This document shows positions 28,235 through 36,905 of a stretch of 64,000 nt of DNA, in pieces. The number at the start of each line of letters is the position of its first letter. Within the stretch, counting starts at the first letter, position 1. A program made the position numbers and the translations under genes. Source of the stretch: an uncultured Selenomonadaceae bacterium (GTDB lineage Bacteria; Bacillota; Negativicutes; Selenomonadales; Selenomonadaceae). The stretch spans positions 4,643-68,642 of the forward strand of contig CAJOCQ010000014.1 of assembly GCA_905233135.1 (NCBI GenBank). The letters run 5' to 3'. The notes beneath the pieces are model-generated. The model was given only the letters and a program-made list of their open reading frames with translations. It was not told where the DNA came from and ran no database searches.

Positions 28235-28317
28235 TAGGAAACAGGATAAAGGAGAAAGGAGAAAGTTTTTCCTTCTTCCTTCTTCCTTAATCCTTAATCC
28301 TTAATCCTTAGCCCTTA
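28235..28317 (-). repeat. Purine/pyrimidine pentamer hairpin element, family 2 (AGGNN repeats)
   Basis: TAGGAAACAGGATAAAGGAGAAAGGAGAAAG - TTTT - TCCTTCTTCCTTCTTCCTTAATCCTTAATCCTTAATCCTTAGCCCTTA. Begins at the tsaD stop and ends at the queF leader. Confidence 0.6.
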
Positions 28318-29321
28318 AATCCTAAATTCGGTACAGCATTTAAATTCAACGTGGCAAAATCTTTTTTCAAAGATTGATAATAGCCGCGACAAGCAATCAT
28401 TGCGGCGTTATCGGTGCAGAGAATTTTTGACGGGTAGAAAAATTGCAAATTATTTTCCGTACAAACTGCGCGCAGATTATTTTCAAGCGAAGAATTGGCA
28501 GCCACGCCGCCAGCAAGTACAATTTTTTTCAAGTTGAAATTTTGCGCCGCGTCAACAGTTTTTTCAATCAGAGAATCAACAACCGCTTTTTGAAAACTCG
28601 CTGCAACATCGGCGTTGTTGACAACTTCGCCCTTCATCTGCGCCGAATTTAAATAATTCAGTACCGAAGATTTTAAACCGCTGAAACTGAAATCAAATTC
28701 AGAAACTTTCGGGCGCGGAAAATCTATAGCGTCAGCGTTGCCGCTCTTTGCAAGTTTGTCAATTTCGGGGCCGCCCGGATACGGCAAATTCATAACGCGC
28801 GCAATTTTATCAAAGGCTTCGCCCGCCGCGTCGTCGCGCGTTTGCCCCAAAAGTTCAAAATTGTTGTAGTCATTCATTTTTATAAGCGCGGTATGTCCGC
28901 CCGAAACTACCAACGCCAAAAACGGCGGCTCCAATTCTGCCGCACTTAAAAAGTTGGCGAAAATGTGTCCTTCCAAATGATTAACCGCAATCAGCGGAAT
29001 TTTTAAAGCGTACGCCAAAGATTTTGCGGCAGAAACTCCTACAAGCAACGCGCCGACTAATCCCGGTCCGTACGTTACGGCGATTTGATTTATTTCTGAA
29101 AGTTGCACGCCCGCTTTGTTAATTGCCTCGTCGATAACGGGCATAATGTTTACAATATGTTTTCTTGACGCAATTTCGGGCACTACGCCGCCAAATTTTT
29201 GGTGCAGCGGTATTTGCGTTGAAATGACATTTGATAAAATTTCCCGCCCGTCGCGCAGGACTGCCGCCGCCGTTTCGTCGCAACTTGTTTCAATCCCCAA
29301 TGTTAAAATTTTTTCTTCCAA
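28308..29321 (-). CDS. tsaD: tRNA N6-adenosine threonylcarbamoyltransferase
   Basis: 337 aa. [37 protein letters not shown]. Confidence 0.95.
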   Translation of the reverse strand: MEEKILTLGIETSCDETAAAVLRDGREILSNVISTQIPLHQKFGGVVPEIASRKHIVNIMPVIDEAINKAGVQLSEINQIAVTYGPGLVGALLVGVSAAKSLAYALKIPLIAVNHLEGHIFANFLSAAELEPPFLALVVSGGHTALIKMNDYNNFELLGQTRDDAAGEAFDKIARVMNLPYPGGPEIDKLAKSGNADAIDFPRPKVSEFDFSFSGLKSSVLNYLNSAQMKGEVVNNADVAASFQKAVVDSLIEKTVDAAQNFNLKKIVLAGGVAANSSLENNLRAVCTENNLQFFYPSKILCTDNAAMIACRGYYQSLKKDFATLNLNAVPNLGFKG

Positions 29322-29394
29322 TAAATTTTACTCCTTAGTTTAAACTCAAAATTAGCTTCGGAAAAAGAAAGTACATTTAATTAAAAAAATTTTT

Positions 29395-29856
29395 TTAAAA
29401 AAAGTTTACAGCCCCTAAATCCGTATTCCACATAATTAAAGCGTCTTCGCCGTTGTCAATGTAATATTTCGGACGCCGCCCGACACTTTTTAAGCCGAAA
29501 CTTTCATAAATTTTAATAGCAGCAACATTTGAAGGGCGTACTTCCAAAGTTACGGCATTTGCGCCGCGCTCCTTGCAAAGTTTCAAAAGTTCGCCAAAAA
29601 GTTTCTTGCCAATCCCGCGCCCGCGATATTCCGCCAAAACTGCAACGCTCATAACTTCAGCCTCATTGAATGAAAGCCACGCGCCCGCGTACGCAATAAT
29701 TTTTTTTTCGAGTTCGCCGACAATGTAAGCCGTGTTTTTGCGCTGTACAACCTCAAAAAAAGTATCACGTTTCCAAGGCAACGCAAAAGATTTTATTTCA
29801 ATTTCTGAAACCGTGTCGGCGTCGGCGGGCGTCATTTTCCTAAAAATAATTTCCAT
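29395..29856 (-). CDS. GNAT N-acetyltransferase, RimI-like (paralog d)
   Basis: 153 aa. IEIKSFALPW, VAVLAEYRGRGIGKKL (acetyl-CoA Q/RxxGxG/A motif), EVRPSNVAAIKIYESFGL. Confidence 0.8.
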   Translation of the reverse strand: MEIIFRKMTPADADTVSEIEIKSFALPWKRDTFFEVVQRKNTAYIVGELEKKIIAYAGAWLSFNEAEVMSVAVLAEYRGRGIGKKLFGELLKLCKERGANAVTLEVRPSNVAAIKIYESFGLKSVGRRPKYYIDNGEDALIMWNTDLGAVNFF

Positions 29857-30300
29857 TTAAATTTTCAGCCCCATAACAAAAGCATCTTCGCCGTTGGCGT
29901 AATAATTTTTTTCGCGCCCGATTATCATAAAGCCAAATTTTTCACAAAGGCGCATTGACGGCAAATTATCTGTACGCACTTCAGCAAAAATAAATTTTGC
30001 GCCGCGCTTTTTGGCGGTACGAATTAATTTAGCAAACATTTTTTGCGCAATTCCGCGCCTGCGAAATTTTTCGGTAACTGCAACCGTTGAAATGTCAGCT
30101 TCGCCTTCGTAAATTTCCAAGCCCGCGCAGGCAATAATTTTTTTCTCAAATTCTGCAACAATATATTTAGCGTGCGGATTTTTTGCCGCGTAAGCGAAAA
30201 ATTGGCGGCTCCAGGCATCAACGCCGAAATTTTCTTTATCAAGTTCGGCTACTGCGTCAACGTCGGCAAGCGTCATTTTCCTAAAAATTATTTCCGCCAT
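29857..30300 (-). CDS. GNAT N-acetyltransferase, RimI-like (paralog c)
   Basis: 147 aa. VAVTEKFRRRGIAQKM, EVRTDNLPSMRLCEKFGF. Abuts the neighbouring paralogs with no gap. Confidence 0.8.
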   Translation of the reverse strand: MAEIIFRKMTLADVDAVAELDKENFGVDAWSRQFFAYAAKNPHAKYIVAEFEKKIIACAGLEIYEGEADISTVAVTEKFRRRGIAQKMFAKLIRTAKKRGAKFIFAEVRTDNLPSMRLCEKFGFMIIGREKNYYANGEDAFVMGLKI

Positions 30301-30747
30301 TTAAATTTGTCGCTCCATTAAAAAGGCGTCCTCATTATCCTTTTTGTAATAATTTTTCAAGCGTTCGATAATTTTAAAGCCGCAATTTTCGTAAAGGTGA
30401 ACAGCTGCAAAATTTTTCGTGTTGACGTGCAACCTTGCCGTTGTAAAATTTTTTTGTTGCTTAATGAAATTTAATATGCCCGGCAAAATTATTTTACCGA
30501 GCCCGCGTCGCCGAAATTCAGGCGCAATGACAAATTTTAATATCGTCACAATATTTTCCGAAAAGCCGAGCAAAACGTACGCAATAAAATTTTCTTCAAC
30601 CTTCGCAACGAGCGGCAAAACGTTATTGTAATTGATAATTTCTTGAAAATCTTTCAGCGTCCACGCCGCCGAAAACGATTTATTTTCAATTTCTGAAACG
30701 GTTGCAAGGTCATTTTGCGTCATTCGGTAAAAATCAATTTTAGCCAT
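30301..30747 (-). CDS. GNAT N-acetyltransferase, RimI-like (paralog b)
   Basis: 148 aa. IENKSFSAAW, VIAPEFRRRGLGKII, HVNTKNFAAVHLYENCGF. Confidence 0.8.
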   Translation of the reverse strand: MAKIDFYRMTQNDLATVSEIENKSFSAAWTLKDFQEIINYNNVLPLVAKVEENFIAYVLLGFSENIVTILKFVIAPEFRRRGLGKIILPGILNFIKQQKNFTTARLHVNTKNFAAVHLYENCGFKIIERLKNYYKKDNEDAFLMERQI

Positions 30748-31199
30748 TAAATTTGCCTTTCCATTAAAAAAGCGTCTTCGTGAATCAGCGCGTAAAAATT
30801 TTTCAGGCGTTCAGCCAATTTCAATCCGCAACTTTTGTAAACGTGAATAGCCGCAATATTATTTGCGCGTACGTGCAACTTTACAATCTTGCCGCCGTTG
30901 TGTTTAATGACGCTTAAAATCATCCAAAAAAATTTTTTGCCAATCCCGCGCCCGCGAAATTCCGCCGCAATGGTAAAAGTCATAACCGTTGCAATTTCGC
31001 CCGAAAATTTCAGCATTACATAGCCCGCAATTTTTTTATCAACTTGCGCGATAAGCCCAAAATTTTCTTCGCTTTGCAGACACTTTAAATAACGGTTAAT
31101 CGACAGCGGGATTATATATGAATCAGTTTCAATTTTATGAACGGCGGGCAAATCTTTGGGCGTCATTTTACGCAAAATTATTTTTGGCGTTGTTCCCAA
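30747..31199 (-). CDS. GNAT N-acetyltransferase, RimI-like (paralog a)
   Basis: 150 aa. TIAAEFRGRGIGKKF, HVRANNIAAIHVYKSCGL. Overlaps the tsaB 3' end. Confidence 0.8.
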   Translation of the reverse strand: MGTTPKIILRKMTPKDLPAVHKIETDSYIIPLSINRYLKCLQSEENFGLIAQVDKKIAGYVMLKFSGEIATVMTFTIAAEFRGRGIGKKFFWMILSVIKHNGGKIVKLHVRANNIAAIHVYKSCGLKLAERLKNFYALIHEDAFLMERQI

Positions 31200-31849
31200 A
31201 GTTCTTCAGCCTCCGAGCGGCGAATATAAAGCGGCTCAATGTTCATAACGTTAGAAATTCCGCCCGCGTCAATTAAATTTTTGCCGAAAAGTGCAACGTT
31301 TACTGCGCGCGGCATTCTGCAATTTAGCGGCGCAATTTTTACATTTTGCGGCAAGTCGATTTTAATTTTGTGCAAAACATCACCGCACAAAAAAATTTCG
31401 GCGTCAATATTGCCCGCGCCTGCAACAATTTCATCAATGCTTTTAATTTCGAGTTTCGAGAGTGCGCGGCAATTTTTAAATTTTTGAAAGTAAGCGCGGT
31501 TTTTCTGCGCGTCAAGCATTGGAATAACAATAGCGTTGCTTGTCGGGAAGTGGTAAGAAATTGCCTGCAAAGTCGGCACGCCGATAATTTTTGTATTCCA
31601 CGCATAACATAAAGCCTTAGCGGTTGCAAGCCCGATTCTCAATCCCGTAAAAGAGCCGGGACCAATGCTGACTGCAACGGCGTCAACTTTTTCGACGTTG
31701 GCAATTTTTAAAGCTTGTTCAATTTGCGGCAACAAAGTTTCAGAGTGCGTTAATTTAGCTTCCTGCGAAATTTCGGCTAAAATTTTTTCTTCAGATATGA
31801 CGGCGACGCTTGCAACGCGCGTTGCCGCCTCAATTCCCAAAATTATCAA
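31178..31849 (-). CDS. tsaB: tRNA threonylcarbamoyladenosine biosynthesis protein TsaB
   Basis: 223 aa. ILGIEAATRVASVAV, VSIGPGSFTGLRIGLATAKAL. Confidence 0.85.
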   Translation of the reverse strand: MIILGIEAATRVASVAVISEEKILAEISQEAKLTHSETLLPQIEQALKIANVEKVDAVAVSIGPGSFTGLRIGLATAKALCYAWNTKIIGVPTLQAISYHFPTSNAIVIPMLDAQKNRAYFQKFKNCRALSKLEIKSIDEIVAGAGNIDAEIFLCGDVLHKIKIDLPQNVKIAPLNCRMPRAVNVALFGKNLIDAGGISNVMNIEPLYIRRSEAEELWEQRQK

Positions 31850-31860
31850 ATTCCCGCCCC

Positions 31861-32355
31861 CTATTCTTCGCTCGTTACAAATTCTTCAAGTTCTTTTAAA
31901 AATTCTTGGTGTTCTTCGCCGACGCAAGAAAAAGTTATTCGCCGCATATTGCGCGTTTCCTTGAGTCTTTCAATTTCGATTTTAAAATAATTTTCAGGCA
32001 ACGATTCGGGAAATTTTTCGCCCCATTCAATGAAAACAATTCCTTCGGGAAAATCCGTGTACTCATAAAAGCCGATGTCCTCAAGTTCTTCTTCATTGTT
32101 GAGGCGGTACAAGTCGAAATGCACGATTGGGCAAAATCCCTCGTAAATGTTCATTAAATTGAAAGTAGGGCTTGTAACTTCGCCCTGTACGCCCAAAGTT
32201 CGCGCCATACTTTGTACAAATAAAGTTTTGCCCGCGCCTAAACTTCCTTCCAAACAAACTACCGTACCTTCGCGGATTCTTTGCGCTACTTTCGACGCCA
32301 ATTTTACAGTCTCGTAGGGAGACTGCGTTATGTTCGTAAACAAAAAAATCTTCAC
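31861..32355 (-). CDS. tsaE: tRNA threonylcarbamoyladenosine biosynthesis ATPase TsaE
   Basis: 164 aa. LEGSLGAGKTLFVQ (Walker A), SPTFNLMNIY, HFDLYRL. Confidence 0.85.
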   Translation of the reverse strand: MKIFLFTNITQSPYETVKLASKVAQRIREGTVVCLEGSLGAGKTLFVQSMARTLGVQGEVTSPTFNLMNIYEGFCPIVHFDLYRLNNEEELEDIGFYEYTDFPEGIVFIEWGEKFPESLPENYFKIEIERLKETRNMRRITFSCVGEEHQEFLKELEEFVTSEE

Positions 32356-32462
32356 TCCTTAGCAAAATTAAAATTTCCTGCCGCTTATTTTAAACAAAAA
32401 AAGCCTGCCTGTAAAGGCAAGCACTTTTTGGACTTTTGTTAGGGATTGGAAAAATTTTTTAA

Positions 32463-32491
32463 TTTACACTGAAAAAAAATCTTGCTACAAT
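32463..32491 (+). promoter_or_regulatory. Sigma70-like promoter candidate for the GH3 gene
   Basis: TTTACA (32463-32468), 17-nt spacer, TACAAT (32486-32491). TAGGAGG RBS before ATG 32518. Confidence 0.5.
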
Positions 32492-32517
32492 TTCAAAAAA
32501 ATTTAGGAGGCGGTGTT

Positions 32518-34839
32518 ATGAATTTAAAGAAAAAAATTGCGTTAGGACTTTGCGGCGTAATGTTAAGCGGCGGCAATGTTTTAGCCGCTGAAAATTTTTC
32601 TGTCGTACAAAATGCAAACGGTCCTACGCTCGGTTATTCGCCTGATTCAGGCGTAAAAATTTTAACTGTCAAAGGTTTAAAATTCAAAGATTTAAACCGC
32701 AACGGCAAGCTTGATAAATTTGAAGATTGGCGATTGACGCCGCAAAAACGCGCAGAAGATTTAGCAAAAAATTTAAGCATTGAACAAATTGCAGGTTTAA
32801 TGTTGTACAGTTTTCATCAGCGCGATTTGAAAGCGGAACTTACTGACGAACAGAAAAAAATGCTTGAAGTCGATAATATTCGCACGGTTTTAAATGCAGA
32901 TACTTCAGCAAGCGCAGAATTAACCGCGCAATGGAATAACGCCTTGCAAGCTTACGCAGAATCTTTGCCTTTCGCAATTCCCGCAAATACAAGCTCCGAC
33001 CCGCGCAATGACGCACGCGGCAACGGCGTTTATTTGAAAACTGTTGAAGATAATGTTTCGCGTTGGCCGAGTCATTTGGGAATTGCAGCAACTTTCGATA
33101 CTTCCATTGCTGAAGACTTCGCTCGCACTTATTCCAAAGAATACAGGCTTATGGGAATTGGTACGGGACTTTCACCGCAAATAGATTTGGCAACCGACCC
33201 GCGCTGGACTAGAATTTATGGAACATTCGGCGAAGACCCCGCCCTTGCAAGGGATATGGCGGCGGCGTCAATTTTCGGCGCGCAGGAAACCTTTTCAAAC
33301 GGTAAAGATATCGGCTGGGGCGAATACAGTATTAACGCAATGATGAAACATTTTCCCGGCGACGGTATAGGCGAAGGCGGGCGCGAGGCTCATTCAAATT
33401 ACGGCAAATATGCAGTTTATCCCGGCGGCAATTTCAAAACTCAACTAATTCCCTTTGAAGGCGCAATGAAAAACGGCGGCAAGGCGGGAATGCCTTCTGC
33501 GGTTATGCTGTCATATTCCATTGCGTGGAGCGACGGCGAATTGGGCGAAAAAGTCGGCAGCGCGTACAGCAAATACAAAATTGATTTACTGCGCAATAAA
33601 TATCACTACGACGGTGTAATTTGTACTGATTGGTGCGTGACGTGGGATAAATCAAAAGGCTTGTCAATGGCTTGGGGCGTCGAAAATCTTTCTGAAGCTG
33701 AAAGACACTACGCGGCGTTAATGGCAGGCGTTGACCAATTCGGCGGCAATAATGATAAAAATCCCGTTATCGAGGCGTACAATATGGGCGTTGCTGAACA
33801 CGGCAAAAAATTTATGGATAAACGTTTTCAACAATCTGCAACGCGCCTTTTGAGAAATATTTTTCAGTTGGGACTTTTTGAAAATCCCTACATTGACGTT
33901 GAAAAAACTGCGCACGAAGTCGGCAACGCCGAAGATTTATGGCACGGCTTTGAGGCACAATTAAAATCAATCGTTATGCTCAAAAATAAAAACAGCGTCA
34001 TTCACGCCGCCTATAATCCAAATGTTAAGCCGACAGTTTATATTCCGATGGTTTATCGTGATTCAATCGAAGTTAAAGTTTTCAATTCGTACACGCCCGC
34101 AAGTTGGACTTTGCCAGTTGATATAAAAATTGCGCAGGAATATTTTAACGTTGTAACAGATACAGTCGGTAATTTGACAGGCAAGGATAAAGACGGCAAG
34201 CCGATGGCTTTGCCCGCAGATATTCAAAGACTTTCGCCCGAAAAAATTGCCGCCTGCGATATGGTTTTGGCAGTTATAAATAATCCTATTCCCGTCGGCA
34301 ACCAATTTGAAGGGATTGGCTACGATAAGGACGCGGGCTACATTCCAATTTCTTTACAGTATGGAAAATACGTGGCAGATTCTCCCGCCGTGCGCCGTCA
34401 ATCGTTGGCAGGAGACGAGGGAGAAAATCGTTCATACTTCGGCAAAACTGCACAAATTGTAAATCCTATGGATCCTGAAAGCGTCAATTACAGCCGCGAA
34501 TGTTTGAATAAGCTCGGCAAAAATATTCCAGTTGTAACTTTGGTACACGCCGATAAGCCGCAAGTTTTTGGAGAAATTGAGCCGAATTCTGACGCAATTT
34601 TGGTAGGTTACGGCGTAAGCGACAGAGCATATTTTGAAATTGTAACGGGCAAATTTGAGCCGCAAGGTTTACTTCCAATGCAACAGCCGCGCGATATGAT
34701 AACCGTTGAAGAACAAAAAGAAGATGTACCGCGCGATATGATTTGCTACACTGACAGCGAAGGCAACACTTACGATTTTGCATTTGGATTGAATTGGCGC
34801 GGCGTTATCAATGATTCACGCACAACTAAATATAAATAG
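32518..34839 (+). CDS. Secreted glycoside hydrolase family 3 protein
   Basis: Signal peptide MNLKKKIALGLCGVMLSGGNVLAAENF. GH3 motifs SDPRNDARG, KHFPGDG, VICTDW. About 773 aa from ATG 32518. Confidence 0.85.
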   Translation: MNLKKKIALGLCGVMLSGGNVLAAENFSVVQNANGPTLGYSPDSGVKILTVKGLKFKDLNRNGKLDKFEDWRLTPQKRAEDLAKNLSIEQIAGLMLYSFHQRDLKAELTDEQKKMLEVDNIRTVLNADTSASAELTAQWNNALQAYAESLPFAIPANTSSDPRNDARGNGVYLKTVEDNVSRWPSHLGIAATFDTSIAEDFARTYSKEYRLMGIGTGLSPQIDLATDPRWTRIYGTFGEDPALARDMAAASIFGAQETFSNGKDIGWGEYSINAMMKHFPGDGIGEGGREAHSNYGKYAVYPGGNFKTQLIPFEGAMKNGGKAGMPSAVMLSYSIAWSDGELGEKVGSAYSKYKIDLLRNKYHYDGVICTDWCVTWDKSKGLSMAWGVENLSEAERHYAALMAGVDQFGGNNDKNPVIEAYNMGVAEHGKKFMDKRFQQSATRLLRNIFQLGLFENPYIDVEKTAHEVGNAEDLWHGFEAQLKSIVMLKNKNSVIHAAYNPNVKPTVYIPMVYRDSIEVKVFNSYTPASWTLPVDIKIAQEYFNVVTDTVGNLTGKDKDGKPMALPADIQRLSPEKIAACDMVLAVINNPIPVGNQFEGIGYDKDAGYIPISLQYGKYVADSPAVRRQSLAGDEGENRSYFGKTAQIVNPMDPESVNYSRECLNKLGKNIPVVTLVHADKPQVFGEIEPNSDAILVGYGVSDRAYFEIVTGKFEPQGLLPMQQPRDMITVEEQKEDVPRDMICYTDSEGNTYDFAFGLNWRGVINDSRTTKYK

Positions 34840-34860
34840 TTTTTAGGTGTTATGGAAAAG

Positions 34861-35040
34861 AAAAACCCGCCCGTCACTAAAGCCGCAGCGCGTACCAATG
34901 TTGGAGCGTCGGAAAAAGTTTGCGCCCCAAAGGGGGCATCCTGTTACCAAGAGCGTATCGGAACCGAGCGGCCCTGACGGGCGGGGAGTTTTTCTTTCTT
35001 TGGTACTTTTTTTCTTTTTACAAAAAGAAAGAAAGTACAT
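34861..35040 (+). repeat. Structured intergenic repeat, family 1, copy C
   Basis: Long stem CCCGCCCGTCA (34866-34876) / TGACGGGCGGG (34975-34985) encloses inner hairpins (GCCCC-AAA-GGGGC). Then GAGTTTTTCTTTCTTTGG, then palindrome GTACTTTTTTTCTTTTTACAAAAAGAAAGAAAGTAC. Lies between convergent GH3 and livF. Confidence 0.7.
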
Positions 35041-35078
35041 TTAAATTAATTTTAAAACTTAAGATAGAAATAAAAACT

Positions 35079-35789
35079 TCAGCCGCCAAGATACGCCTTG
35101 CGAATATCTTCACTGGCGGCTAATTCTTTTGCGTCGCCTGAAAGTGTAATTCTGCCTGTTTCCAAAACGTACGCGCGATTGGCGATTGACAACGCCATAT
35201 TTGCATTTTGTTCGACGAGCAAAACTGTTGTACCGGCTTTGTTAATGTCAACAATGATATTAAAAATTTCACGGATTAAAAGCGGCGCAAGCCCCATTGA
35301 AGGCTCATCAAGCAATAAAAGTTTCGGGCGGCTCATAAGTGCGCGCCCCATTGCAAGCATTTGTTGTTCGCCGCCGCTTAATGTACCTGCCATTTGCAAT
35401 TTTCTTTCTTCGAGGCGCGGGAATCTGCCAAAAACCATTTTAAAATCTTTTTCAATTTCGTCCTTGTCGTCGCGTATAAACGCGCCCAATTCCAAATTTT
35501 CCATAACAGTCATTTCTGCAAAAATTCTGCGCCCTTCCGGAACTTGAGAAATTCCTTCGCGCACAATTTTATGAGCAGGCATCCCTGCAATATCTTTATC
35601 TAAAAATTTTATACTGCCTGTTTTCGGCTTTAAAAGCCCCGAAATTGTTCTGAGCGTGGTAGATTTGCCCGCGCCGTTCGCTCCAATCAGCGTTACTATT
35701 TCGCCTTCGTCAACGCGCAAACTTATTCCCTTTATTGCGTGAATTGCGCCATAATAAACATTTATATCATTTATTTCAAGCATCGCCAT
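35079..35789 (-). CDS. livF: Branched-chain amino acid ABC transporter ATP-binding protein (LivF-like), orphan
   Basis: 236 aa. GANGAGKSTTL Walker A, LSGGEQQMLAMGRAL signature, LLLLDEPS Walker B. No permease or binding-protein genes adjacent. Confidence 0.8.
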   Translation of the reverse strand: MAMLEINDINVYYGAIHAIKGISLRVDEGEIVTLIGANGAGKSTTLRTISGLLKPKTGSIKFLDKDIAGMPAHKIVREGISQVPEGRRIFAEMTVMENLELGAFIRDDKDEIEKDFKMVFGRFPRLEERKLQMAGTLSGGEQQMLAMGRALMSRPKLLLLDEPSMGLAPLLIREIFNIIVDINKAGTTVLLVEQNANMALSIANRAYVLETGRITLSGDAKELAASEDIRKAYLGG

Positions 35790-35807
35790 AGAAATTTCTC
35801 CTTTCAG

Positions 35808-35880
35808 TCGAAATTTTAGTTTTCAGGTGTCAGGGATTAGGTGTCAGGAAGAATTTCCTAACACCTAACACCTAACACCT
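35808..35880 (-). repeat. Pentamer hairpin element, family 2
   Basis: AGGTGTCAGGGATTAGGTGTCAGGAA-GAA-TTTCCTAACACCTAACACCTAACACCTA. Mismatches become G-U pairs only in the minus-strand RNA. Followed by the shared leader CGACTGAAAGGAG before the livF ATG. Confidence 0.6.
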
Positions 35881-36808
35881 ATTTATCGTGCAACGCTACA
35901 AATTTTTCAACTCGATTTAAATATTTAAAGTTCTCGTAAATTTTATCAATATCCCAATTCCACCACTGAATTTTTAACAGCGATTCAATAATTTTTTCGT
36001 CAAAACGCCATTTGATAAATTGCACGGGGTTGCCGCCAACTATTGCATACGGCGGCACATTTTTTACAACGACAGAATCAGCCGCAATAACCGCGCCGTC
36101 GCCAATTACCAAAGGCTTTTCGGGATTATTTGATTTTAAAATAGAGCCGATTCCAATCCAAACATCATTGCCGATTTCAATTTTACAATCAGTTGTTTTC
36201 GGCATAAAATCTGCGCGAGTTCCAATTCCCAAATGATAAAAAGGAAATACCCCGAATCTTTTATAGTCATGGTCAACATTTTGTGCAAGTTCAAATATCA
36301 CTCTCAAAGAAATTGCGCAAAATTTTTTTACTGAAATTATTCCTTCGCCGATAACTGCCGCGCCGTTAATATAACTTCCCGAATCCATTTGCAAAATTGT
36401 TTTGTGACTTTTGATGTTGAGAATTTTTTTGTAAACAGTTTGCGTCCATTCGCTGAAATTTTCGCGTTCAAACATTCCGTAAGCAACACCTTCATTTATA
36501 AAGCGCGGAAAATTAAAATTCGGAATGCGAAAAATTCTGCCGTCAATAATATTTTTGCGCGGCACGCCCTGTGATTCCAAAAATTTCATTCGCTTATAAA
36601 AATCGCCGTCAGATTAAATTATTGCAATTTGAAAGTCAAGTTTTGCCGCCCCCCCCCCACCGGGATTAGCGTAAATACGCAATTTGTTATTTTCAAAAAC
36701 CGCATAGCCGACAATTTCCAAATTGCCGCGCTTAACTTCCAAATCATAGAAAGGTTTTAACATCTGATACCAATCATCAGTACCAAAAATCAAAGCTTTA
36801 ACCGCCAT
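35879..36808 (-). pseudogene. Hexapeptide-repeat (Vat/CatB-like) acetyltransferase split by one in-frame TAA
   Basis: ORFs 36614..36808 and 35879..36589 share a frame. The junction reads ...[29 protein letters not shown]-terminal part has [35 protein letters not shown] and WWNWD. A G10 run (C10 on plus strand, 36649-36658) encodes GGGG. Confidence 0.6.
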
Positions 36809-36835
36809 AAAAAAAAGCTCCTTTCAGTCGCTTTT

Positions 36836-36905
36836 TAGGAAACAGGATAAAGGAGAAAGATTCAATACCCTTTTTCCTTTAAACTTCTTCCTATTTCCTA
36901 TTTTC
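36836..36905 (-). repeat. Pentamer hairpin element, family 2
   Basis: TAGGAAACAGGATAAAGGAGAAAG...CCTTTTTCCTTTAAACTTCTTCCTATTTCCTATTTTCTTA. The left arm and the leader GCGACTGAAAGGAGC are near-identical to the queF-upstream copy. Confidence 0.6.

Noticed and set aside
28207-28307. preQ1 riboswitch upstream of queF (A-rich CCUAAAAAACUGA tail resembles the preQ1-I 3' tail)
   Set aside because: No compact P1 hairpin with the conserved loop precedes the tail. The same sequence also occurs upstream of livF and the acetyltransferase pseudogene, so it is part of a repeat element.
34843-35044. Two mutually antisense 65-aa ORFs; also considered as SRP, 6S or another known ncRNA
   Set aside because: The region is a copy of the family-1 structured repeat, with no RBS and arginine/proline-rich junk translation. 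It lacks the SRP conserved motifs (GGAA tetraloop region, AGCAGC). No match to an RNA family I can recognise.
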